A stretch of DNA of 64,000 nucleotides from Alphaproteobacteria bacterium. Its GTDB lineage: Bacteria; Pseudomonadota; Alphaproteobacteria; Rs-D84; SZUA-605. Each line of letters starts with the position of its first letter. Positions within the stretch are counted from its first letter, which is position 1. The position numbers were made by a program, and so were the translations under genes. Location: NCBI GenBank assembly GCA_031549385.1, contig JAVBPW010000002.1, positions 34,271 to 98,270 on the forward strand, written 5' to 3'. The notes below the pieces were generated by a model. That model saw only the letters and a list, made by a program, of their open reading frames with translations, made no database searches and had not been told where the DNA came from. Positions 9,591-18,576 of this stretch are shown here, in pieces.

Positions 9591-10571
9591 ATGATAAAGA
9601 TTTTTAAAAAATTGAATAAAAAACATAATGACGAAGGTTTGTATAGAAATACGTATGAAAAACAATTTATGAAATCATATGTTGATTTTTTTGAATCTGA
9701 TAAGTTTGAAGACACTTATAAACGTTTTGTTAAAAATATGGATGAACAAAGCACTCTGGAAATTGCTCGTATAGTTAATAGAATTAAATTAGCTTATTAC
9801 TCTGATGAAAAAAGAATTGATATGTTTAATGAAATTGAAAAAAAGGAAATGAAGCTTTCAAAAGATATGCAAAAAGATGTTGTTAAGATGTCAGATAATA
9901 TGTTTTGCTATAAAGATTACTTTATGCCTTTTAATATGTTTGCTCCTGATATTTTTTATTCAGAATGTCACGTAAAAGGATTTGATTATCCACAAAGATT
10001 TGCTGATAAGGCTATTATGGATGTTGGAGCTATGATTGGTGATAGTGCTATTATTTTAGCTCGTCATACTAATGATAAGGTTTATTCTTTTGAACCTATT
10101 GATACTAATTATAAAGCTTTGCTTGCAACTATTAAAATGAACGAATTGGAAGGTAAAATTATTCCTGAGAATTTAGCTTTGTCATCAGAAAATGGAAGTA
10201 TTACTATTTCTTTATGTTCTGATGAAGTTAATGGTGGCGCTTCTTTTGATGCTCGAAATGGGGAAATGAGATCCGTTGTTGTGAAAACTCAAACTTTAGA
10301 TGAATATGTTGCTAAGAACAAAATTAAAGTTGGGCTTATTAAAGTTGATATTGAAGGTGCTGAACAAGAATTTTTAAAAGGGGCTATGAATGTTATTAAA
10401 ACTCAAAGACCTTCTTTGGCTTTGAGTATCTATCATAAAGTGGAAGATTTGTTTGCAATTAAAATTATTGTTGATAATTTAAATTTAGGGTATAAATTTA
10501 AAGTAAAACGAACCTATGATGGGTTAATTTATAATGAAACACTTTTACTTTGTGAGGTTGAAAAACAATGA
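9591..10571 (+). CDS. FkbM family methyltransferase
   Basis: DVGAMIGD, FEP, IKVDIEGAE, SIYH. Confidence 0.9.
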   Translation: MIKIFKKLNKKHNDEGLYRNTYEKQFMKSYVDFFESDKFEDTYKRFVKNMDEQSTLEIARIVNRIKLAYYSDEKRIDMFNEIEKKEMKLSKDMQKDVVKMSDNMFCYKDYFMPFNMFAPDIFYSECHVKGFDYPQRFADKAIMDVGAMIGDSAIILARHTNDKVYSFEPIDTNYKALLATIKMNELEGKIIPENLALSSENGSITISLCSDEVNGGASFDARNGEMRSVVVKTQTLDEYVAKNKIKVGLIKVDIEGAEQEFLKGAMNVIKTQRPSLALSIYHKVEDLFAIKIIVDNLNLGYKFKVKRTYDGLIYNETLLLCEVEKQ

Positions 10572-11476
10572 TTTATGATTGCTTTACTCTTTTTAATGAA
10601 TTTGATGTCTTAGAAATTCGTCTTAATGTTCTTAATGATGTTGTTGATAAATTTGTTATAGTTGAAGGTGATAAAACTCATTCTGGTTTAGATAAACCTT
10701 TGTATTTTAAACAAGTTCAGACAAGATTTGAAAAATTTAAAGATAAGATAATTTATATCGCTGTGGAAGATTTTCCACCTTATAACAATAATTCTTGGGA
10801 ATATGAAAATTATCAAAGAAATTGTATTGCTATTGGACTTACAAAAGCAAAGCCTGATGATATTATTTTAGTTTCTGATTTAGACGAAATACCAAGACCA
10901 GAAAAAATATTAGAATATAAAGATCAAGCTGGAATAGTAACTTTTGAACAAGATTTCTTTTACTATTTCTTGAATTGTAAGGGAATTCCTGGAAAAAGTA
11001 AGAAAGCTAAACGAAGAAGACAAGGCAAATTTTTGGGAACTCGTATGATGTCTTATAAAGATTTTTTACATGGTTTGGATAATGTTGATTTGCCTGAAAC
11101 AGAATATTATATCAAAAAATATTGTACTGGAACTACTGCTACTAAAATTAGACAATATGATAAGGGAGTTATTATAAAAGATGGTGGTTGGCATTTTTCA
11201 TACCTTGGTGGAGTTGAGGCTATTATTAAAAAAATTAAAGCATTTGGACATCAAGAATTTAATTCAGAGAAATTTACTGATGCTAATAAAATACGAAAAC
11301 TTATTGAAAGTGGAAGAGATATTTTTGGTAGAAAGCAAGTTATGTTTGAATTTGTAAAGATAGATGATAGTTATCCTAAATATATTATTGAAAATAAAGA
11401 AAAGTATGACTATTTGGTATTTAAGCCTTCAAAGTGGTACAAATTTAAGAGATTTTTTAAGAATTTATTTAGATAG
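10568..11476 (+). CDS. GT17-like glycosyltransferase (beta-1,4-N-acetylglucosaminyltransferase family)
   Basis: IYDCF..NEFDVLEIRL, FVIVE, WEYENYQRN, SDLDEIP, GGWHFSY. Confidence 0.85.
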   Translation: MIYDCFTLFNEFDVLEIRLNVLNDVVDKFVIVEGDKTHSGLDKPLYFKQVQTRFEKFKDKIIYIAVEDFPPYNNNSWEYENYQRNCIAIGLTKAKPDDIILVSDLDEIPRPEKILEYKDQAGIVTFEQDFFYYFLNCKGIPGKSKKAKRRRQGKFLGTRMMSYKDFLHGLDNVDLPETEYYIKKYCTGTTATKIRQYDKGVIIKDGGWHFSYLGGVEAIIKKIKAFGHQEFNSEKFTDANKIRKLIESGRDIFGRKQVMFEFVKIDDSYPKYIIENKEKYDYLVFKPSKWYKFKRFFKNLFR

Positions 11477-11524
11477 TTTGAAGATATCTTCCTATTTATT
11501 AATCTATAAAACAAAAGGATATAT

Positions 11525-12346
11525 ATGAATACAGACCGCTCAAAAATATACAATATCCGTCTTACGGATAATGATCCAAGAACTTATTCTATTAATTGGA
11601 TTGATAAGAAAAATGCTAAAGTTTTAGATGTTGGTTGTGCATGTGGCGATTTTGTTGAAAATCTTAAAAAGTTAAAAGAAGTTTCTGCTTGGGGTATGGA
11701 TTATAATCAAGGAAGCTTGGATATAGCTGAAAAAACAAAGGCGTTTGAGGAATTATTTCAAGTTGATTTAAATAATTTTGATGAAAATAAATATTCTAAG
11801 TTTAATTCCTTTTTTGATTATATAGTTTTTGGTGATGTGTTAGAACATATAATTAATCCTGAAAAAGTTTTAGAGGTATTTAAAAAGTTATTAAAAAAAG
11901 ATGGATGCTTTTTAATTTCATTACCTAATGTTGCTCATGCAAGTATTAAAGCTAATTTATTGATTGATAATTTTGATTATACAGAAAATGGTCTTCTTGA
12001 TAAAACTCATGTAAGATTTTTTACTTATAAAACAATTGCTAAATTCTATGCTGATTTGAATTTAGAAATCTTAGATTATAAATATACTAATTGGGCTGGG
12101 ATTAAAGGAACTCAATTAAATAATCCATATAAGAAACTTCCGTTTTTAGTAAAAAGATTTATTTTGAAAGATCCTCATTCTCATGTTTGTCAGTATGTTA
12201 CTAAGTTACAAATTTCTGATAAAAATATAGAAGAGTTGAATGAGAAAAATTTAAAAATTTTAAAAGATGGAACTAAGGGATTAAGAGCTAAACCTAGAGG
12301 TTTAAAAAAATTAATTTATAAAGCTTTTAAAAGACTTTTTTCCTAG
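11525..12346 (+). CDS. Class I SAM-dependent methyltransferase
   Basis: VLDVGCACG, FDYIVFGDVLEH, SLPNVAH, GLLDKTHVRFFT. Confidence 0.9.
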   Translation: MNTDRSKIYNIRLTDNDPRTYSINWIDKKNAKVLDVGCACGDFVENLKKLKEVSAWGMDYNQGSLDIAEKTKAFEELFQVDLNNFDENKYSKFNSFFDYIVFGDVLEHIINPEKVLEVFKKLLKKDGCFLISLPNVAHASIKANLLIDNFDYTENGLLDKTHVRFFTYKTIAKFYADLNLEILDYKYTNWAGIKGTQLNNPYKKLPFLVKRFILKDPHSHVCQYVTKLQISDKNIEELNEKNLKILKDGTKGLRAKPRGLKKLIYKAFKRLFS

Positions 12347-12425
12347 TTTGAAAATTTTAATATTTCTTGATTAAAGATTAGAATCTGATACACTTTAATA
12401 TGTATAGTTTTTATATCAAAAATGG

Positions 12426-14435
12426 ATGGGTAAAATGAAACTAGGTAGAAAAGTATTAATATCAACAATATCTCTTGTTGTTATTTGTGGATTGGCTTGT
12501 ACTGTTGCTAATTATTTTAAAAAGAAAAATTCAAATAATTCTCAAAAAGAAGCAACTGCAGTTACTGCAAAAATGAATGATGCTCTTTTGAGCTATTTAC
12601 CATTTGAAGATAAACAAGATTTTGAAGATGCTCAAAGAGGATTTATTGCTACTATTGCAGATTTAAACTTAAAAAGTGAACAAGGGCATACTATTTGGAG
12701 TATGACAGATTATGCTTTTTTGAATAATGAAAAAGCTCCAGCTACTGTTAATCCAAGTTTATGGAGACAGTCTAGAATTAATATGTTTAATGGACTTTTC
12801 AAAGTTACTGATAGAATTTATCAAGTACGTGGTTTTGATTTGTCTAATATGACTATATTGGAAGGAGATACTGGAATTATAGTTATAGATCCTCTTGCAT
12901 CTGCGGAAACTGCTAAAGTTGCTTTGGAGCTTTATTTTAAACATCGTCCAAAGAAGCCTATTGTTGCTGTTATTCATACTCATTCTCATATAGACCATTA
13001 TGGTGGTGTTAGAGGTATTATTTCTGAGGAAGATGTAAAATCTGGAAAAATTAAATTAATTGCACCTGATGGTTTTTTTAAGGCTGCTATTTCTGAAAAT
13101 GTTTATGCTGGAAATGCTATGGGGCGTCGTGCACTTTATCATACTGGAGCATTACTTAAAAAAAGTGAAAAAGGTCAAGTTGATGACGGTTTAGGTAAAA
13201 CAGCTTCAATTGGAACAAATACTATTATAGAGCCAACAACTATTATCAAAACGACTGGTGAAAAAATGACAGTTGATGGAATTGATATTGTGTTTTTAAT
13301 GGCTCCTGGTACAGAAGCGCCTGCAGAAATGTTGATGTATTATCCTCAATTTAAAGCTCTTAATGCCGCTGAAGATTGCACTCATAATTTGCATAACCTT
13401 TATACTCTTCGTGGAGCAGAAGTTCGTGATGCTAATCAATGGTGGAAAACTTTGAATAATGCTATTGAAATGTTTGGCTCAGATGTAGAAGTTATGTTTG
13501 CTCAACATCATTGGCCAATTTGGGATAATAATAGAGTAAATGAAATGCTTGCTTCTCAAAGAGATATGTATAAATATTTACATGATTATTCACTTAATTT
13601 AATTAATAAAGGTTATACTATGATTGAGATTGGTGAGTTAGTTAAATTGCCAGAAAATTTAGATAAAAAATTTTATAATAGAGGATATTATGGTTCTGTT
13701 AACCATGATGTTAAGGCTGTATATCAAAAATATATTGGTTTTTATAGTGGTAATCCTGCTGATCTTTATCAGTTGCCACCAGAAGATGCTGCAAAGAAAT
13801 ATGTAGAATATATGGGTGGTGCTGATCATGTTATTAGAAAAGCAAAACAAGATTACAAAGATGGAAACTATCGTTGGGTTGCTCAAGTTATGAACCAAGT
13901 TGTTTTTGCTTATCCTAATAATCAAGAAGCTAAAGATTTAGAAGCTGATGCATTAGAACAATTAGGTTATCAAGCAGAATCTGGAACTTGGAGAAATAAT
14001 TTCTTATTTGGTGCACAAGAGCTTAGAGGTGGAGTTATAAAACTTCCTACTGCAGGAATTGCTTCACCTGATACTATTAGAGGGATGACAACAGATATGG
14101 TGTTTGATTTAATGGGTATTCGTCTTGATGTTAAAAAAGCTGATGGAAAATTATTATCATTTAATGTAGAAAATAAAGAAAAAAGTGAAAAATATCTATT
14201 AAAATTAAGTAACTCAGCTTTAGTTTATACACAAAATAAATCAGATAATAAAGCTGATGCTACTATTGTTTTATATTCTTCTTCAGATTTAGCAGAAATT
14301 ATTGGTGGAATTGCTAAATTAGATGATAAAGTTAAAGCTGGTAAGATTAAAATAACAGGAGATAAATCTAAATTTGAAGATTTGTTAAATATGCAAGAAG
14401 TGTTTGATCAAAACTTTAATATTGTTACTCCATAA
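12426..14435 (+). CDS. Alkyl/aryl sulfatase, metallo-beta-lactamase fold (SdsA1/YjcS family) with dimerisation and SCP2-like domains
   Basis: VNPSLWRQ, YQVRGFDLSN, HTHSHIDHYGG, GTEAPAE, HHWP, ends FNIVTP. Confidence 0.92.
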   Translation: MGKMKLGRKVLISTISLVVICGLACTVANYFKKKNSNNSQKEATAVTAKMNDALLSYLPFEDKQDFEDAQRGFIATIADLNLKSEQGHTIWSMTDYAFLNNEKAPATVNPSLWRQSRINMFNGLFKVTDRIYQVRGFDLSNMTILEGDTGIIVIDPLASAETAKVALELYFKHRPKKPIVAVIHTHSHIDHYGGVRGIISEEDVKSGKIKLIAPDGFFKAAISENVYAGNAMGRRALYHTGALLKKSEKGQVDDGLGKTASIGTNTIIEPTTIIKTTGEKMTVDGIDIVFLMAPGTEAPAEMLMYYPQFKALNAAEDCTHNLHNLYTLRGAEVRDANQWWKTLNNAIEMFGSDVEVMFAQHHWPIWDNNRVNEMLASQRDMYKYLHDYSLNLINKGYTMIEIGELVKLPENLDKKFYNRGYYGSVNHDVKAVYQKYIGFYSGNPADLYQLPPEDAAKKYVEYMGGADHVIRKAKQDYKDGNYRWVAQVMNQVVFAYPNNQEAKDLEADALEQLGYQAESGTWRNNFLFGAQELRGGVIKLPTAGIASPDTIRGMTTDMVFDLMGIRLDVKKADGKLLSFNVENKEKSEKYLLKLSNSALVYTQNKSDNKADATIVLYSSSDLAEIIGGIAKLDDKVKAGKIKITGDKSKFEDLLNMQEVFDQNFNIVTP

Positions 14436-14440
14436 TAAAT

Positions 14441-14465
14441 AAAGCTCCTGAAAAGGAGCTTTTTT
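14441..14465 (+). terminator. Rho-independent terminator
   Basis: AAAGCTCC-TGAAAA-GGAGCTTTTT; same hairpin at 16523-16548. Confidence 0.75.
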
Positions 14466-14515
14466 AGACACAAAAATAAGGGGAATTTATCCCCTTTATT
14501 TTTTAAAAGGTTATA

Positions 14516-14851
14516 TTATTTATTACCTTTTTTTCCACCTTTTTGGCCTTTACCTTCGCCGTCTTTTTTCCATTCACCTTTATGTTCTTCTTTGAATGAT
14601 TTCATTTCTTCTTTTGTGATACATCCATCACCATCTTTGTCCATTTTATCAGCATCATTTGCCATTGGGCCTTTTAATTGTGTTTTATCTAAACATCCAT
14701 CAACAAACTTTTTTTCCCAATCTGGTTTTTCACCTTTCATACCTTTATGATCGCCTGATGGTTTCCCTTTTGGACCTTTTGTTGTTGTATCATTAGCCAT
14801 TACATTTGTTGAAATTAATGCAACTGTTAAAATAAATAATGCTTTTTTCAT
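14516..14851 (-). CDS. Small secreted protein with one EF-hand motif
   Basis: Signal peptide; DKDGDGCITKEE EF-hand loop; G/K-rich. Confidence 0.7.
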   Translation of the reverse strand: MKKALFILTVALISTNVMANDTTTKGPKGKPSGDHKGMKGEKPDWEKKFVDGCLDKTQLKGPMANDADKMDKDGDGCITKEEMKSFKEEHKGEWKKDGEGKGQKGGKKGNK

Positions 14852-14963
14852 TTTGTTTCTCCTTTTGTTAAAGTGTTAGAATTTTATCACAAATTTGTCT
14901 TGCCAGCAATGATTTAAATTACTATTTTTAGATATGTGCAATTATGCGACAAGTGAGGTTTTC

Positions 14964-15761
14964 ATGCTAGGGGCTGTTATTGGTGATATTGTAGGTTCTG
15001 TTTATGAGTTTAATAATATTAAAACTAAAGAGTTTAAATTCTTTTCTGAAAAAGGATATTTTACAGATGATACTATTTTAACTTGTGCATCTGCTGACTG
15101 GTTGCTTAATGGAGGAAATGCTAAAGATTTCTTAGTTAAATGGGGAAATAAATATATTAATAGAAATGTTCAAGCTCCACAAACTCCTTTTGGAAAAGGT
15201 TTTATGGATTGGCTGAAGGATAAAGAACACAAACCTTATATGGCTAATACTAATGGTTGTGTTATGAGAATTAGTCCTGTTGCTTATTTAATTAGAAATA
15301 CAAAAGAAGCTTTAAAAAAAGCAGAGCAATTTTCTAATGTTACTCATAATCATATTGAAAGTTTAAATGCTGTTAGAGCTTATATTGAAACTGTTCATAA
15401 ATGTTTTAATAAAGAAAATTCTAATAGTGTTAGAAAATATATTTCAGATAAATATGGATATGATTTAACTAAATCAGTTGATGAAATAAGACAAGATTAT
15501 AATAAATTTTATTGCACTTGTAAAAACTCTGTTCCTCAGGCTATTGTTTGTGCATTAGAAGCAAATTCATTTGAAGATGGAATCAGAAATGCTGTCTCAC
15601 TTGGTGGAGATAGTGATACTCTTGCTTGTATGTGTGGGGCTATTGTTGAGGCTCGATTTGGAATTCCTAATGATATTAAAGAAAAAGCTTTTCAATATTT
15701 AGATGATAATATAAAAAAAATTATTGCTCTAGAATATGATGAAAGAATCATTGATTTATAA
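14964..15761 (+). CDS. ADP-ribosylglycohydrolase family protein
   Basis: MLGAVIGDIVGSVYEF, FTDDT, NGCVMRISP, THNH, GGDSDT; start placed at ATG 14964 after GAGG. Confidence 0.92.
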   Translation: MLGAVIGDIVGSVYEFNNIKTKEFKFFSEKGYFTDDTILTCASADWLLNGGNAKDFLVKWGNKYINRNVQAPQTPFGKGFMDWLKDKEHKPYMANTNGCVMRISPVAYLIRNTKEALKKAEQFSNVTHNHIESLNAVRAYIETVHKCFNKENSNSVRKYISDKYGYDLTKSVDEIRQDYNKFYCTCKNSVPQAIVCALEANSFEDGIRNAVSLGGDSDTLACMCGAIVEARFGIPNDIKEKAFQYLDDNIKKIIALEYDERIIDL

Positions 15762-15811
15762 ATAAAAAGATTCTAAGCTGATAATTATCATATTAAAAAA
15801 GGAGAAGAGAT

Positions 15812-16510
15812 ATGAAAAAATACTTTGCTGAAGTTATTGGAACTATGGTTTTAGTTTTCTTTGGAGTAGGTTCTGCAGTTCTTGCAGGAGCTTATATTGG
15901 TAATGTTGGAGTTGGACTTTGTTTTGGGGTTGCTGTTATTGCTATGGCTTATGCTTTGGGTGCTATTTCAGGAGCTCATCTTAATCCAGCTGTTTCACTT
16001 GGGATGCTTGCAAGTGGCAGAATGAAAGCTACTGATTTTTTTGGTTATGTAGTTGCTCAATTTATTGGTGCTACACTTGGTGCATTACTTGTTTACTTTA
16101 TTGTTATCGGTATGCCTGGTTATACTATTGCTGCTGGTCTTGGACAAAATGGATGGGGAATGGGATATGCTAGCGAATTTAATTTAACATCTGCTATATT
16201 GTTTGAACTTATTGCTACATTTATGTTTGTTAGAATTATTTTGGAAGTTACAGAACAAGATAGTAAACATGCAGGATTAGTTATTGGTTTAACATTAGCT
16301 GTATTATTAATGATTGGAATGCAAATTACTGGTGGATCACTTAATCCTGCTCGTAGTTTTGCTCCTGCTGTTATTGTAGGTGGAACTGCATTACAACAAT
16401 TATGGTTGTTCTTAGTTGTTCCAGCTGCTGGTGGATTGTTAGCAGGACTTGTTCATCGTTTCTTTGGATTGAACAAAGTTTCAACAAAAAAGACAAATAA
16501 AAGAAAATAA
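15812..16510 (+). CDS. aqpZ: Aquaporin (MIP family)
   Basis: Two NPA motifs (HLNPAVS, SLNPARS); six TM helices. Confidence 0.9.
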   Translation: MKKYFAEVIGTMVLVFFGVGSAVLAGAYIGNVGVGLCFGVAVIAMAYALGAISGAHLNPAVSLGMLASGRMKATDFFGYVVAQFIGATLGALLVYFIVIGMPGYTIAAGLGQNGWGMGYASEFNLTSAILFELIATFMFVRIILEVTEQDSKHAGLVIGLTLAVLLMIGMQITGGSLNPARSFAPAVIVGGTALQQLWLFLVVPAAGGLLAGLVHRFFGLNKVSTKKTNKRK

Positions 16511-16522
16511 TTGTAAAAAAAT

Positions 16523-16548
16523 AAAAGCTCCTGAAAAGGAGCTTTTTT
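16523..16548. terminator. Bidirectional terminator between convergent genes
   Basis: AAAAGCTCC-TGAAAA-GGAGCTTTTTT. Confidence 0.75.
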
Positions 16549-16561
16549 ATTTATAGTTTTT

Positions 16562-17053
16562 TTAAAAACGTCCAGATTCCATTTTCATGTCTGGTAAAGT
16601 GATTTTATCATAAAATGTATTATCTTGAGTAAAGATTATTTCTTTTATGTCAGATTTATCAACTTGAAAGATTGTTACTGGTTGCATTTTATAAGTTAGT
16701 TTTTCACCTACCTTAACACTGTAGTTAACAGTTAAAGTTTTGTCTTTTTGCTTTATAGATTTTACTGTAACTTCAGTTTGTTTGTCTGTTGGTGTTAATG
16801 CAATTGCTATTGTTCTTTTTGCTGAGTCAATTGATGGTTGGTTGGACATTGTTCTTCCTACACCAAAGGAATATAAAAATTCATCTTGAGTATCTGCAAC
16901 AAAGTAATTTACTGGATATTGTAATTTAACAGTATTTTTTAGAAAGTATCCTGTTGATGGATAAAATTTTATTTCTGTTGTTTGAGCTTGAGCTTTACAA
17001 GCAGCAAGTGCTATAAATCCTACTGCTATTAATGCTATTGGTTTGATTTTCAT
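16562..17053 (-). CDS. Hypothetical lipoprotein
   Basis: AGGAG RBS before ATG 17053; lipobox LAAC. Confidence 0.65.
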   Translation of the reverse strand: MKIKPIALIAVGFIALAACKAQAQTTEIKFYPSTGYFLKNTVKLQYPVNYFVADTQDEFLYSFGVGRTMSNQPSIDSAKRTIAIALTPTDKQTEVTVKSIKQKDKTLTVNYSVKVGEKLTYKMQPVTIFQVDKSDIKEIIFTQDNTFYDKITLPDMKMESGRF

Positions 17054-17191
17054 TTTATGTTCTCCTTTTGGTTTTATAAGTTTATTTTTATTTAGGAAGT
17101 AAATCAATTATTTTCAACGGTTATATTTTTATTGATTAGAAAAAGTATTTAATTATTATTAGAAGTATAATAAAAATATTTGGAGGTTAAA

Positions 17192-17602
17192 ATGCAATAT
17201 AAAACTACTGGAAATGTTGATTTAAAAACTGCTGCTGTTATAGCATTTGTTGGGTTGATTTTTATGTGTGGGCTGTTTTATATAATGCCTAAATATAATG
17301 TTTATAGCAAAAGATTATCAGGAGAAGCTCAATTAGCTGAAGCTGAAAGTAATCGAAAGATTGCTGTTGCAGAAGCTGAGGCAAAAAAAGAAAGTGCTAA
17401 ATCTTTAGCAGATGCTGAAGTTATTAGAGCTGAAGGGGTTGCTAAGGCTAATAAGATTATTGGAGATAGTTTGAAACAAAATGAAAGTTATTTAAGATAT
17501 CTTTATATTCAAAGTCTTTCTGATTCAGAAACAAGAGGAAATAAAATTATTTATATTCCAACTGAAGCAGGGTTACCTATTCTTGAAGCAGGAAGAAGAT
17601 AA
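17192..17602 (+). CDS. Membrane-anchored coiled-coil protein (SPFH/band-7 C-terminal-like)
   Basis: GGAGG RBS; one TM helix, AEAE repeats, YLRYL, IIYIPTEAGLPILEAG. Confidence 0.7.
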   Translation: MQYKTTGNVDLKTAAVIAFVGLIFMCGLFYIMPKYNVYSKRLSGEAQLAEAESNRKIAVAEAEAKKESAKSLADAEVIRAEGVAKANKIIGDSLKQNESYLRYLYIQSLSDSETRGNKIIYIPTEAGLPILEAGRR

Positions 17603-17609
17603 TTAACCT

Positions 17610-18170
17610 ATGAAATTTATATTAGTTTTTTTAGGAATTTTTCTTACTTCTTTATCAAGTTGGGCTAATGATAATCCTTTCTTTGGAAAAGATATGAAAC
17701 AATCATATGGATTTAATACTGGATTTGGTGTGGACACTGGTTTTATTGTTCCACCTCCTGGACCATTTGTTCCTTTTACTATTATGAATTTTCAATATTC
17801 TATGCCAAATACTTTTTTTGAATTACCTGGACGTCAATCTATTAACTTTGCTCAGACTTTAGGGTGGGGTGAAGATAGAGGTTGGGATTGGGAAGATTTT
17901 TCTATTCCTATTATATATTTATCTGAAGATTTTGCATTTTTTTGGGGAAAAGATTGGTATGTTGGAAGTGGGTTAGGAATTGGATTTCAAGCTCATCAAA
18001 ATGATCGTATTGGATCTAAGTTGCTTTTCCAATTTAAACTTCTTGCTGGATATAGGTTTTCTGATAAATGGGCAGGGGAATTTATTATTCAACATTTTTC
18101 TAATGGATCTACTACTGATCAAAATAATTCTTATGCTTTTTATGGATTGGGATTTACTTATAGTTTTTAG
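17610..18170 (+). CDS. Outer-membrane acyloxyacyl hydrolase (PagL-like lipid A deacylase)
   Basis: Signal peptide, GSKLLFQF, QHFSNG catalytic motif, C-terminal YSF beta-signal. Confidence 0.75.
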   Translation: MKFILVFLGIFLTSLSSWANDNPFFGKDMKQSYGFNTGFGVDTGFIVPPPGPFVPFTIMNFQYSMPNTFFELPGRQSINFAQTLGWGEDRGWDWEDFSIPIIYLSEDFAFFWGKDWYVGSGLGIGFQAHQNDRIGSKLLFQFKLLAGYRFSDKWAGEFIIQHFSNGSTTDQNNSYAFYGLGFTYSF

Positions 18171-18464
18171 TTATTTGTTACAATAAACTGCATATGTTGT
18201 TGGAATGTATATTCCACCTGTCATGAAATCTATAAATCCGTTTAAAGTATTTCTTGTTGTTTCAATTGAGTTTAAACCTGTTTTTGGACAAGCTTTATCT
18301 GCTTGAATTGAACTGCTTCCCCAAAGTCCCCAAACATAATGACGATGAGTTTCAATAAAACTTGCTTGAGCCATTTTTTTGTCAGGATTATCTAATTGTA
18401 AATGAGCTGGCGCACAGCCAGCTAATATTGCAATTGAAAATAATGCAAAATAAAAGTTTTTCAT
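18171..18464 (-). CDS. Bor/Iss family lipoprotein
   Basis: Lipobox LAGC; HYVWGL...C...NGF..FMTGGIYIPTT..VYC. Confidence 0.8.
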   Translation of the reverse strand: MKNFYFALFSIAILAGCAPAHLQLDNPDKKMAQASFIETHRHYVWGLWGSSSIQADKACPKTGLNSIETTRNTLNGFIDFMTGGIYIPTTYAVYCNK

Positions 18465-18576
18465 AATTTATATTTATACCTTAAATCAAAAGTTTTTGCA
18501 ATATAATAAATGAAAAAAACTTGTATTATAGAATATCGTCTTTATAATAATTTTTATAATTATAAAAGGAATAAAA

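Noticed and set aside
14441-16548. Identical hairpins at 14441 and 16523 as ends of a mobile element
   Set aside because: Short typical terminators (a related one is at 6421), with no transposase or target duplication
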